NCBI GenBank assembly: GCA_964291235.2
Contig: OZ219815.1
Location: 896,001 to 960,000 of the forward strand
Length of the DNA stretch: 64,000 bases
DNA from: Vicinamibacteria bacterium
GTDB taxonomy: Bacteria > Acidobacteriota > Vicinamibacteria > Marinacidobacterales > Marinacidobacteraceae
Reading direction: 5' to 3'
The position numbers and the translations under genes were made by a program. The stretch's first letter is position 1; each line of letters opens with the position of its first letter. This document shows positions 27,516 through 43,859 of the stretch, in pieces. The notes below the pieces were generated by a model. That model was not told the DNA's origin. It saw only the letters and a list, made by a program, of their open reading frames with translations, and searched no databases.

Positions 27516-28643
27516 CTATTCTGACATCTCCCCGCCCCTCCCCCCCTGGGTGAAGAACGAGCGGACGGCGGCGGCAACCTGCCCCGCTTCTTCATCCGAG
27601 AGTCCGGGGTGGAGGGGAAGGCTCAACACCTCCCGGGCAGCCGCCTCCGCCTCCGGGCAGGCCGCAGCCGCCTCCGAAGCGCTTGCAAATGCCGCCTGTT
27701 CCGTGAGCGCGGCCGGATAGTGGACCAGGGTTTCGATCCCGGACCCGGCGAGGTGGCGCCGCAGCGCATCCCGCCGCGGGGTGCGGATCACGAACAGATG
27801 CGAGGACCCGTCCACCTCGCGCCCCGGGGTCACGACGCGCAGCGGCAGGCCGTCGAGCAACTCCCGGTAGCGGCGCGCCAGCGCGGCGCGCCTTCGGTTT
27901 CCCGCGGGGAGACCGGGCAGGCGCTGGTTGAGCACCGCTGCCTGGATTTCGTCGAGGCGGCTGTTCCAGCCCGGCGCGGCGTGGTGGTGGCGCTGCCCCT
28001 GTCCCCCGGAACGGAGGCTTCGGGCCCGCGCCGCGAGCCGCGCGTCCGCGGTCGCCACCAGGCCGGCGTCACCGAGCGAACCAAGATTCTTGGTGGGATA
28101 GAAGCTGAAGGCCGCGGCCGCGCCGAACGAACCGAGGGCCCGGCCCCGATGGCGCGCCCCGTGGGCCTGGCAGGCGTCTTCGATCACCGGGACTTCGTGG
28201 CCGGCCGCGGTCTCGAGCAGCCGCTCCCAGCCGGCGCCGGCGCCTCCGAAGATATGCACCGGAACGATCGCCCGAATGTTCCCCGCGGCGAGCGCCCGGG
28301 CGGCGGCATCGGCGTCGAGACAGAGGCTGCCGGCTTCGACGTCGGCAAAGACCGGGACTGCCCCGGCGTGCTGAATGCCGAGCGCCGTGTAACCGGTGGA
28401 AAACGCGGCCGTCAGGACGCGGTCACCGGAGCCGATACCGGCAGCGGCGAGCGCGATGGTGATGGCGTCCGTGCCCGAGGCCACGCCGACGGCGTGTTCG
28501 ACTCCGATCGCTTCACCGAAGGCCCGCTCGAACGCTTCCACCTCCGGACCGAGGACGAAACGCCCCGAGGCGAGCACCCGCTCCACGGCGGCCCGAACTC
28601 CGGAATCGGCGCCGGCCTCCAGCCGCTGAAAGGGGATTTTCAT
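27516..28643 (-). CDS. DegT/DnrJ/EryC1/StrS aminotransferase
   Basis: EDACQAHG, SFYPTKNLG and NSRLDEIQAA motifs. Confidence 0.92.
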   Translation of the reverse strand: MKIPFQRLEAGADSGVRAAVERVLASGRFVLGPEVEAFERAFGEAIGVEHAVGVASGTDAITIALAAAGIGSGDRVLTAAFSTGYTALGIQHAGAVPVFADVEAGSLCLDADAAARALAAGNIRAIVPVHIFGGAGAGWERLLETAAGHEVPVIEDACQAHGARHRGRALGSFGAAAAFSFYPTKNLGSLGDAGLVATADARLAARARSLRSGGQGQRHHHAAPGWNSRLDEIQAAVLNQRLPGLPAGNRRRAALARRYRELLDGLPLRVVTPGREVDGSSHLFVIRTPRRDALRRHLAGSGIETLVHYPAALTEQAAFASASEAAAACPEAEAAAREVLSLPLHPGLSDEEAGQVAAAVRSFFTQGGRGGEMSE

Positions 28644-29590
28644 GACGTTTCGGGCCGCATGGCGCGCACCGTCTCGGCCAAGCCGCGATCGAGGGCCCAC
28701 GCCGGCTCCCACCCCAGATCGCGGCGGATCGCCGACCAGTCCGCGTGGAAGTCACCGATCGCGATGTCCTCCAAGCCGCGCGGAAGCGCCGCAACCCGCA
28801 CGCGCGGCGCTTCGCCGAGGGCCCGGAAGACCGCCGCCGCGAATTCCCCGAGGCGCACCGGCGCCGCGCCCAGGTTCCAGGTCCCGGCGGGAGCCTCCGG
28901 CCGCCCGGCGCGCAGGAAAGCGTCCACCACGTCGTCTACGTAGTTGAAGTCCCGTACCAAATCGGAATCTCCCAGAATGGTGATTTCCCGCCCGGCGAGC
29001 GCATCGCCCACGAAGCGACCGGTCAGGCCGGTTGCCGGCCCGTCCGTCGGCAGTCCCGGCCCGTAGGTGTTCGTGAGCCGGAGGATGGAATACGGAGCCC
29101 CTCGCGCCGCCGCGCTGTGGCGCACGAGATGCTCCGCCGTCTCCTTGTGAACGGAATGGACATCGGGCGGGGCAAGCGGGTGGTCCTCCGCGGCAGGCAG
29201 GCTCTCGGCCCGCCCGTAGAGCTGACGCGTGCTCGCGAACACCACGCGTGCCCGCGGGGCTCGCTTCAGCACCGCGGCGAGAAGCGACACGGTCCCCATG
29301 ACGTTGTCCTCGAAGTCGGCCCGCGGCTGGTCCATGCTCCGGCGGTGGCCATTCGCCGCCGCGAGGTGGAAGACCGCGTCGGCTTCGGCGACCGCATCCC
29401 CGAGCGCTTCGCAGTCGCGCAGGTCTCCCCGCCGGCACCCGAGGTTCGGCGCGGGGAAATCCGGGCGGCAGCGGTCGAAACCGGTGACCCGCGCGCCGGC
29501 GGATGCAAGGTGCTCCGCGAGACGACTTCCGATGAAGCCCGCGGCGCCGGTAACGAGAACCCGGCGCCCGGTCCAGGCAGCGTGCATCAC
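28640..29590 (-). CDS. NAD-dependent epimerase/dehydratase (extended SDR)
   Basis: VTGAAGFIGS, LRLTNTYGP and RDFNYVDD motifs. Confidence 0.88.
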   Translation of the reverse strand: MMHAAWTGRRVLVTGAAGFIGSRLAEHLASAGARVTGFDRCRPDFPAPNLGCRRGDLRDCEALGDAVAEADAVFHLAAANGHRRSMDQPRADFEDNVMGTVSLLAAVLKRAPRARVVFASTRQLYGRAESLPAAEDHPLAPPDVHSVHKETAEHLVRHSAAARGAPYSILRLTNTYGPGLPTDGPATGLTGRFVGDALAGREITILGDSDLVRDFNYVDDVVDAFLRAGRPEAPAGTWNLGAAPVRLGEFAAAVFRALGEAPRVRVAALPRGLEDIAIGDFHADWSAIRRDLGWEPAWALDRGLAETVRAMRPETS

Positions 29591-29638
29591 GGGAACCGCG
29601 CGACCGCGTCTAGCGGGAAAGGCTCCCGCCTCGATTCG

Positions 29639-30541
29639 TCAACCGCCGCTCGCCGACAGAAAGGTTCGGAGGGCTCGCACACCCTCGCAGTTGACAAAAT
29701 CGGGGCCGAACCTCGCGAGCCGTTCCGCCATGACCCGGATCGCGTCGGGGTTGTTGTCCACCAGCACGAAGTCGCGCCGGTTCCGGGCCGCTGCCTCTCC
29801 GAACGAACCGGACCCGGCGAAGAAATCGAGCAGCAGATCTCCCGGGTTCGAATGAACGCGAACGATCCGCTCCAGAACCCCGAGGGGCTTTTGGGTCGCA
29901 TACCCCGTTCGTTCCTTGCCGGTGGGACTCACGATGGTGTTCCACCAGACATCCGTCGGGGTCTTGCCGCGGGCCGCCTTCTCGGCGCCGACGAGCGTCG
30001 GCGCCAGGTAGGGAATCCGATCAATCTCGTCGTAGTGGAAGGTGTATTCGTCAGGGTCCTTCGCATACCAGAGCAGGTTGTCGTGTTTCGGTGACCAGCG
30101 CTTCCGGCTCCGGGCCCCGTAGTCGTACGACCAGATGATCTCGTTGATGAAGGAATCCCGTCCGAAGATCTGATCCAGCAGCACCTTCGCGTAGTGGACC
30201 TCGCGGAAGTCCACGTGAAGAAAGAAGCTGCCGGTCGGGGTCAGTACTCGACGCGCCTCCTCCAGCCGGGGCTTCAAAAACCCCAGGTAATCGTCGTAGC
30301 GGTCGTCGAATCCCGTGGTGCCGAGGCGGACGGTGCGATAGCGGTTGCCGCCGAATCCGGTGCGATCCCCATCCCGGTCGCGGACGGTGCGGAGTCGGGT
30401 CCGCGCTTGTCGGCGATTCGTGTTGAACGGTGGATCAATGTAGATCAGCGAGAACGTGTCGTCGGTGAATCCCCGCAGGGTCTCGATGTTGTCGCCAAAG
30501 ACGATCTGCCGGCGCGGCGCAACGGAATTCAGGACCTCCAC
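29639..30541 (-). CDS. Site-specific DNA methyltransferase (N6A/N4C, beta class), apparently orphan
   Basis: IYIDPPFN, YATQKP and DFFAGSGS motifs; start uncertain. Confidence 0.9.
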   Translation of the reverse strand: MEVLNSVAPRRQIVFGDNIETLRGFTDDTFSLIYIDPPFNTNRRQARTRLRTVRDRDGDRTGFGGNRYRTVRLGTTGFDDRYDDYLGFLKPRLEEARRVLTPTGSFFLHVDFREVHYAKVLLDQIFGRDSFINEIIWSYDYGARSRKRWSPKHDNLLWYAKDPDEYTFHYDEIDRIPYLAPTLVGAEKAARGKTPTDVWWNTIVSPTGKERTGYATQKPLGVLERIVRVHSNPGDLLLDFFAGSGSFGEAAARNRRDFVLVDNNPDAIRVMAERLARFGPDFVNCEGVRALRTFLSASGG

Positions 30542-30681
30542 GGCCGACTTCGCTCCACGCGCTGAGGGTATCGCGGCCCGCGGGGCTTCACCGCACCGCG
30601 CCGTCCGATGGTCCGCGCCCCAGTGCGGTTGCATTCTCACCGAGACCGGTTGGCGCACCGTCCCGGGCTACCGTTCCCGGG

Positions 30682-31404
30682 ATGGACGCGGGCGCCGGAG
30701 AGGAGACCCGGGGCACGCTCTTCGTCGTCGCAACCCCGATCGGAAACCTGGAGGACCTCTCGCCGCGGGCGGTCCGGGTGCTCCGGGACGTGCCCTGGAT
30801 CGCTTGCGAAGACACCCGGGTCGCCCGGCGGCTCCGCACGCATTTCGGCCTCGGCGCCCGCCTCGTCTCCTGCCATGACCACAACGAGGACCGCCAGGTC
30901 GAATTTCTCCTCGGCCGGCTCCGCGGCGGGGAGGATCTGGCCCTGATCTGCGACGCCGGGACCCCGCTGATCTCGGATCCCGGCTACCGGGTGGTTCGGG
31001 CCGCCAGGATCCAGAACCTGCCGGTCCGTAGCGTGCCGGGGCCGTCGGCGGTGGCCTCGGCGCTTGCCGTGGCCGGCCTTCCGACGGACACCTTTACGTT
31101 CTTCGGCTTTCCGCCCGGAAGGCGCGGCGCCAAGCGGCGCGCATTTCTGGAACGGGCGGCAGAGGCGCCCGGGTCGCTCGTCTTCTTCGAGTCAGCGCGC
31201 CGCGCGGGCGGCCTGCTGGATGAGTTGGGAGAAGCCCTGGGTCCCCGCGAGGCCTCGGTCTCGCGCGAGATGACCAAGATCCATGAGGACCACTGGTTCG
31301 GCGTCCTGCCGGACCTCGCCCGGCGGGCGGCGCGCGAACCGCTCCGGGGGGAAGTGACGATCGTGGTGGCGCCGAGAGAACGCAGGAAGCGGGGACGCCC
31401 ATAG
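30682..31404 (+). CDS. rsmI: 16S rRNA (C1402-2'-O)-methyltransferase
   Basis: VATPIGNLEDLS, CEDTR, DAGTPLISDPG, REMTKIHE and RGEVTIV motifs. Confidence 0.95.
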   Translation: MDAGAGEETRGTLFVVATPIGNLEDLSPRAVRVLRDVPWIACEDTRVARRLRTHFGLGARLVSCHDHNEDRQVEFLLGRLRGGEDLALICDAGTPLISDPGYRVVRAARIQNLPVRSVPGPSAVASALAVAGLPTDTFTFFGFPPGRRGAKRRAFLERAAEAPGSLVFFESARRAGGLLDELGEALGPREASVSREMTKIHEDHWFGVLPDLARRAAREPLRGEVTIVVAPRERRKRGRP

Positions 31405-31499
31405 AATCCCGGCAAGGATGGGGATATCGACGGCGGGCTCTCGCTGCCCGCCCGCTCATCCGGCTTTCGCCCGGGCCAACCGGCGTGGGGCCCCCGACT

Positions 31500-32612
31500 A
31501 TGGACTTTCTGCTCGTTTACCCCGATCCACCGGAAACAGGATGTTTCCCGTTCTTTGACGCCACCGTCGCCGAGGCCGCGGCCCGGGCCGCGGCCTCTCT
31601 GGACCCGGGCGAACTTGTGGACTGGAGCGGGAACGGAGGGAGCGTCCCTCCCCTGGGGCGGGCCGGGGCCCGGGGCGCCATCCTGCCCCCGGGGACGGTC
31701 GCGCCGCCGATGGACGCAATCCGGAATCTGGTAGCCGCTGCCGACCGCCGGCCGCTGTGCCTCGAAAACACCGCGGGCCAGATCCTCGCCGTTGCCGGAA
31801 CCGCCGAATCCCTCGCACCGGCCGTGCGCCCCAGTTTCCGGGAGACCGTCAGGGCCCTGAATCCGGCGCCGTCCCCGGCGGGTGCGGTGGCGGGCCATAC
31901 CCGGGTCGAGGACGCCGCGACTTGGTCGGCAGCGATCCGGGAGTCCCAACGGCGTACCGCCAAGCGCTTCCTCGCGAGCGGAGTGCTCGTCGAAGACCCC
32001 GAAACGCTTTGGGCGGATCCGACCTGCAGCGCCGAGGCCGGCGCCCGGATCGGGCCCTCCGTGCGCCTCACCGGCAACACCTCCGTCGCCGCCGGGGCGG
32101 AGGTGGGCAGTTTCTGCCGACTCGAAAACACGGATATCGGGCCGGGGGCCCGCGTTCTCAGCCACTCGGTCCTTCTCGACAGTTCCATCGGGCGGGACGC
32201 CAAGGTGGGCCCCTTTGCCCACATCCGCCCGAATACCCGGCTCGAACCCGAGTCGTTCGCCGGCAGCTTCGTCGAGACCAAGAACGCGGTGCTCGCGAGG
32301 CGGGCCGCACTCCCCCACCTGTCCTACGTCGGGGACGCCGACGTGGGGGTTCGTGCGAACCTCGGCGCCGGAACCATCACCTGCAACTACGACGGACGCG
32401 GCAAACACCGCACGGTGGTGGAACCGGGGGCCTTCATCGGCAGCAACGCCATCCTGGTGGCGCCGGTCACCGTCGGGCGCCGGGCATTCGTCGCCGCGGG
32501 ATCGGTGATCGTCGAAGATGTCCCGGAGGGCGCACTCGCGATCGCCCGCGGCCGGCAGGCGGTAAAGCCGGGGCGGGCCGCGGGCCGTTTCGAGGGAGCC
32601 GACGAAGTCTGA
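31500..32612 (+). CDS. glmU: GlmU-like protein: intact acetyltransferase LbH domain, degenerate uridyltransferase domain
   Basis: GPFAHIRP, FVETK, HLSYVGDA and GAGTITCNYDG present; the N-terminus lacks LAAGxGTRM. Confidence 0.8.
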   Translation: MDFLLVYPDPPETGCFPFFDATVAEAAARAAASLDPGELVDWSGNGGSVPPLGRAGARGAILPPGTVAPPMDAIRNLVAAADRRPLCLENTAGQILAVAGTAESLAPAVRPSFRETVRALNPAPSPAGAVAGHTRVEDAATWSAAIRESQRRTAKRFLASGVLVEDPETLWADPTCSAEAGARIGPSVRLTGNTSVAAGAEVGSFCRLENTDIGPGARVLSHSVLLDSSIGRDAKVGPFAHIRPNTRLEPESFAGSFVETKNAVLARRAALPHLSYVGDADVGVRANLGAGTITCNYDGRGKHRTVVEPGAFIGSNAILVAPVTVGRRAFVAAGSVIVEDVPEGALAIARGRQAVKPGRAAGRFEGADEV

Positions 32613-33712
32613 GCGTTTCCGCCACCGCCGAGAGCCGGGAGCTTCCGGCGCTCTGGCACGAGATCCACGAACAGCCCGCAGCAGCCGCGCGCACCCTCGA
32701 AGCACTGGAGGCGGAAGCGCCGGAGCGCCTGGCGATCCTGCGGGACAAGTCCGTTCGCGCGCGCCGGCAGACACTGCTGGTCGGCTCCGGCACCAGTCGC
32801 CACGCCGCGGAAATCGCCGCCGGCTGGTTCAAGGAAGCCGGGCTGCCAACTTCTGTCTCCCCTGCCGGCGAGATTCACGGACCGTTGAGAGACCATGGCT
32901 GTGAAGGTGCGCTGATCGCCGTCACCCAGTCCGGGGCAACCGGCAGCGTGCTGCGGCTGCTCGACCAGGCCGGAGACGAGGGGATCTTCCGCGTCGTGGT
33001 CACGAACGAGCCGAAGAGCCCGGCAGTACGGCGGGCGGACATCTCCTACATAACCCGCGCGGGGGCCGAAACAGCAATCCCGGCCACCAAGAGCTTCACC
33101 TCGGCCCTCCTGGCGCTGCGGCTCTTCGGCAGCGAGTGGGCCACCGCCGCCCGCACGGGCGGGGCGCCGGCCCCACCCGGGATGGTGGAGACCCGCCCTG
33201 CCGCCCGCTTCCTTGAGGAGGCCGTTGGACACGGCCCCAGAATCGAGCGCTTCGTCAGCCGGATCGCCGCAGACCGGACGTGGTTCTTCCTTGGCTGTGG
33301 GCCTCTCCTGCCCCTGGCCGCGGAAGGAGCGCTCAAGATGATGGAAACCGCGGTGGTGCCGGCGATCGCGCTCCGCACCGAGGAACTGGTCCACGGCCCC
33401 CTCGCGCTGGTGGACCCCGAGACGCCCGTGGTGCTGCTCTCGGAACCCGGCGGGGTTTCCCGGGGAGAGGCCAAAGCCGTCGACGCGCTGGTGGGCGTGG
33501 GCGCACCGCTCCTCCGGCTCGCGACCGAAGACCCCGCCGGGGTGCCCGCCGGTCCGGGTACCGGGTGCACCATCGTTTCGGCGGGAGCCGCCTGGCTTCG
33601 TCCGTTCCAGGCCGCGCCGGTCCTGCAACTGCTTGCCTACTTCGCCGGGCGGCAACTCGGACGCGATGTGGACGCCCCCGCGGGGCTCCAGAAGGCGGTC
33701 CGTGACGACTGA
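32609..33712 (+). CDS. SIS-only GlmS-like sugar isomerase/deaminase
   Basis: EIHEQP, GSGTS, TQSGAT, ATKSFT, EGALKMME, HGP and PAGLQKAV motifs; no glutaminase domain; probable CTG start overlapping the glmU stop. Confidence 0.8.
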   Translation: MSVSATAESRELPALWHEIHEQPAAAARTLEALEAEAPERLAILRDKSVRARRQTLLVGSGTSRHAAEIAAGWFKEAGLPTSVSPAGEIHGPLRDHGCEGALIAVTQSGATGSVLRLLDQAGDEGIFRVVVTNEPKSPAVRRADISYITRAGAETAIPATKSFTSALLALRLFGSEWATAARTGGAPAPPGMVETRPAARFLEEAVGHGPRIERFVSRIAADRTWFFLGCGPLLPLAAEGALKMMETAVVPAIALRTEELVHGPLALVDPETPVVLLSEPGGVSRGEAKAVDALVGVGAPLLRLATEDPAGVPAGPGTGCTIVSAGAAWLRPFQAAPVLQLLAYFAGRQLGRDVDAPAGLQKAVRDD

Positions 33713-35853
33713 CCCATCCCCCCCCGAGAAGCATTCCGGGCACACCGTTCTCGACGGCCTGAACCCCTCCCAACGGGAAGCGGTTTCGGCCCCCGCCGGC
33801 CCCACCCTGGTGCTCGCCGGCGCCGGTTCGGGCAAGACCCGGGTGATCACCCACCGGATCGGGTGGCGGATGCTGGTCGATGGCGCGCCCGCCGATTCCA
33901 TCCTCGCGGTCACCTTCACGAACAAGGCGGCGCGGGAGATGCGCTCGCGGGTCGAGGCCCTGTGTTCCAGGGTGCACGAGACCGACAGCCGCCCCTGGGT
34001 TTCCACGTTTCACGCCTTCGGCCTGAACCTGCTGCGGCGCTTCGGCCGCGACATCGGCCTGACGGCCGGTTTCCCGGTATTCGGGGCCGACGAGAGCCGC
34101 GCCCTCGTCCGGCAGGTCGTGCGGGAACTGGCGATCGACGATGACCGGCTTCCGCTCGGCAGGCTCGTCCAGTTGATTTCCCGACTCCGGAACGCCGAGG
34201 CCTCCGGAGCCGCGTTTCACGGACCCCGGATCGCTCGCCTCGCCGACAACGTCCGGGAGGCAACGACCGTTTACCGGCAGAAGCTCTCCGAGTTGAAGGG
34301 GGTGGACTTCGACGACCTCCTGATCCGTTCCCTGGAACTCCTCGATGCTTCGGAGGCGGCCCGGTCCTTCGTCGCCCGGCGGGTGCGCCACCTGCTGATC
34401 GACGAATACCAGGACACCGGCCCCACCCAGCACCGGCTGGTCCTCCGACTTGCACCCCATCGCGATGTCTTCGTGGTCGGGGATGACGACCAGGCGATCT
34501 ATTCGTTTCGCGGGGCCGATTTCCGCAACATCCTGCGCTTCCGGGAGGACTTCGCGGGAGCGCGGGTGGTGCGCCTCGAGGACAACTACCGCTCCACGGC
34601 GGCGATCGTGAATGCCGCCAACGCGGTGATCCGGCGCAACCGCCGGCGCGACGGCAAGACGCTTCGTCCGCTGGGGGAGCAGGGGGAGCGGGCCACCTTC
34701 CGCTCCTTCGCCAGCGAAACCACCGAGGCGCAGCAGATCGCCATCAAAATCGCGGGTCAGGGAGAGGAGCGTGGCTCGACAGCGGTGCTCCTCCGGACGC
34801 GCGCCCAGACCCGGCCCTTCGAAGAGGCGTTCGCCGCCCACCGGATTCCCCATGTGATTGTCGGGGGGCTCCGCTTCTATGAGCGGCGTGAGGTGCTGGA
34901 CACGCTCGCCTGTGTCCGGGTCGCCGCGAACGCCGACGATGATTCCGGTTTCCGCCGGGCGGTGGCGGCGATTCCCCGCGGCGTCGGCCCGAAATCCCTC
35001 GACCGCATCGCCGAGCGCGCGACCGACGGACGGCACCTCGCTCCTGGCGGCGGCGGAGTGCACGGTGGCGGAGGACGGCCTTCCCGCCCGGGCCCTGAGC
35101 GGCCTCCGCGGCTTCGTGCAGGGGATCGCTGCCATCCGCCGCGCCATCCCGGAGGGGCCCGAGGCCGTCGTCCGCTCCGCGATGGCGGACACCGGCCTCG
35201 GCGCCTTCTTTCAGGAAAACGACCGGGAACGCTTCGACAACCTCGTCTCGCTGCGGAACGCCGCGCGGGAATTCGAACGCTCGAATGAGGGCGCGGCGGT
35301 TGACGCCTTTCTGGATCAGGTGAGTCTGCTGTCCGCGGAGGATCTGATGCCCGATAGCGGGGCGGACCCCGGCGTTCCGCCGGTCGCGGTGATGACGGTC
35401 CATGCCGCCAAGGGGCTCGAGTTCGATTCCGTTTTCCTGGCCGGTCTCTGGGAAGGGCTCTTTCCGCACGCGTTCTCGCTGGAGTCGGACCTCCAGCTGG
35501 AGGAGGAACGACGACTCTTTTACGTCGCCATGACGCGGGCCCGAAAACGCCTGCAGCTCTCGGCGGCGCCGGGCGGGGCGCCCTACCTGCGGTCGCGCGG
35601 CAGGGTCTCCCGCTTTCTCGGGGAGATTCCCCGGGAGCTGCTCGAGTCGCCGCGGACCGATGCGCGGACCATCCCCATCGCGGCGCCTCCGGCTACCGGA
35701 CGGTTCCGCAAGGGAGAAACGGTGCGCCATCACAAATTCGGGGTCGGCAAGATCGAATTGGTGGACCCGGACGGCAAGCGCGTCTCCGTCCGCTTCAAGT
35801 ACCACGGGCGCCGGCGACTGGTGCTCGAGTTCGCAAAGCTCGAACGCGTGTAA
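33702..35853 (+). CDS. uvrD: UvrD/PcrA helicase, frameshifted near 35021-35030
   Basis: LAGAGSGKT, TFTNKAA, DEYQD and GDDDQAIYSFRGA in the first frame; MTVHAAKGLEF, EEERRLFYVAMTRA and the C-terminal VRHHKFGVG domain in the second. Confidence 0.9.
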
Positions 35854-35854
35854 C

Positions 35855-36144
35855 CCGGGTTTCTCATACTTCCGGCGCAGAGATCGATGCGGGATGGTTC
35901 TCCTCTCGGCGGGAACCCGACCAGCCTTGATGTCGGACAGGCACGGGAACGCCGGCCTCCAGGCCGGCACAGCCCGCCGTAGGCGGGCGGCGGGACGGAC
36001 CTGGCTGGCCGGGATGGCTCCCTCTCTCGGAGAGGACCCCGTGAGCGCGAGCGGCGAGGAACCGCCCGCGGCGCTACGCGCCGCTGTGCCGGCCCCCACC
36101 GGGAGAACTGGCCTGGAGGTCGGCCCAGTTCTCCCGGTGGGGGC
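35855..36144 (+). repeat. REP-like element copy B plus a mosaic of hairpins
   Basis: Matches 2733-2880; followed by CGCGGCGCTACGCGCCGC (36067-36084) and a 20-bp perfect stem at 36092-36144. Confidence 0.85.
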
Positions 36145-36296
36145 TCCCGTGCCTACACGCTGTCCGTCCGGTCGGGGTCCGCGCCTGACGCGTTTCTCCC
36201 GACATCATCAACAGGTTGACGTGATCCGCGCGGCACCTTGGGCCATGAGGTATGAGAAATCCCGGCTAACCCGGGTTTCGCTCCCCGGCGGCCCGT

Positions 36297-36854
36297 CTAA
36301 GGAGCGCCGGCCAGCTCTTCGAGTTCGAATACCGCCGCGTAGGGGACCGCGGCCTCGGTGAGGAGCGCTCGGGCGCCCATCCCGCGATCCACCAGCGCCA
36401 CCGCTCCCACCACCTCGAAGCCAGCGTCGCGGGCCGCGTCCACCGCCGCGAGGGTGGACTTCCCGGTGGTCGCCGTGTCCTCCAGGATCACCGCCGCGCC
36501 GCCGGGGTCGTCGATCCCCTCGATGCGCTTGCCGCGGCCGTGACCCTTCGCCTCCTTGCGGACGAAGAATCCCGCCAAATCCCGGCCGGCGGCTTCCGCC
36601 GCCATCACCACGGCGGTGGTCAGGGGAATCGCCCCGGCGGCCATCCCGCCTACGGCCACTGCCCGGAACCCGCGACCGTCCATTGCCTCCAGGAGCACCC
36701 GGCCCACCAGCCCGGCGGCATCCGAACGCATCACGGTGAGCCGGGCGTCGATATAGACGTTCGAGCGGGCGCCGCTCGCCAGGGTGAACTCGCCGAACTT
36801 GACGGACTCCCGGCGCAGAATGGAGAGCAGGGCGGAACGGGGGTCGCCGGTCAC
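36297..36854 (-). CDS. pyrE: Orotate phosphoribosyltransferase
   Basis: GEFTLASG, YID, VRKEAKGHG and ILEDTATTGKS motifs. Confidence 0.93.
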   Translation of the reverse strand: MTGDPRSALLSILRRESVKFGEFTLASGARSNVYIDARLTVMRSDAAGLVGRVLLEAMDGRGFRAVAVGGMAAGAIPLTTAVVMAAEAAGRDLAGFFVRKEAKGHGRGKRIEGIDDPGGAAVILEDTATTGKSTLAAVDAARDAGFEVVGAVALVDRGMGARALLTEAAVPYAAVFELEELAGAP

Positions 36855-37566
36855 GGCGAAGCGGCGGCTTCGATGGCGGCGATGATCCACCGCGAAGGCA
36901 CTTCGACACCGTGCTGGTTCAGCAGGTTGTAGCGGATGAGGCTGAAGCGGTACTCGCGCGTTTCGCCTTCCTCCACAGTCCGCACCAGGACATCCTTCTC
37001 GGTGATGTTCCCGGAGAGGTAATCCACCGGCGCCTCCCGGAGCAGGCTTCGCTGGGCTCGCCGGCGTTCCTCATCGAGCGCCATCTGCACTTCGCTCAGC
37101 GACGAAACCAGTTGGCGGCGCTCGGCGCTGTGAGCGTCCCAGGCTGCCGCGATTTCACCCAGACGGCCTCCGATCGCGGCGTCCGGGTTTTGTTCGCGCC
37201 GATCCATGATCTGCGCGAGGGCATCCTGATTCGCCTGCCGAAAGTCGTAGAAGTTCTTGAACTGTTCGTCGCGCGCGGCCTCGCTGGCGCGCTCTTCCTC
37301 GCCTAGCTCGGGAACCCGATAGGGGCCCTCCGTGCCCGGGCCGATCTCCACGACCTCCCAGGACTCGACGGGACCTCCCGGGAACCGGGCCATCGAAAGG
37401 CCCCCGGCGCTCACCCGGTCCTCCTGACCCACCGCGCGGAAGAACTGCCCGATCAGGGTCTCCTCAGGGGCCGCCGAACAACCGGCGAGCGCGGTGGCGC
37501 CCGCCGTCGCGAGCGCGAGCAGCAGGACCCGGACAACCGGACGCCCGCGGACGCCTGGCGCTCCGG

Positions 37567-37570
<4 letters not shown>
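36851..37570 (-). CDS. Hypothetical lipoprotein
   Basis: Lipobox LAGC and central coiled coil; translationally coupled between gyrA and pyrE. Confidence 0.7.

Positions 37571-43859
<6,289 letters not shown>

Noticed and set aside
29639-30541. Complete restriction-modification system
   Set aside because: No adjacent endonuclease; neighbours are rsmI and sugar-modifying genes.
31405-31499. glmS ribozyme upstream of the glmU-glmS pair
   Set aside because: The AGCGCC...GACGAGG catalytic core is not visible and the region is short.
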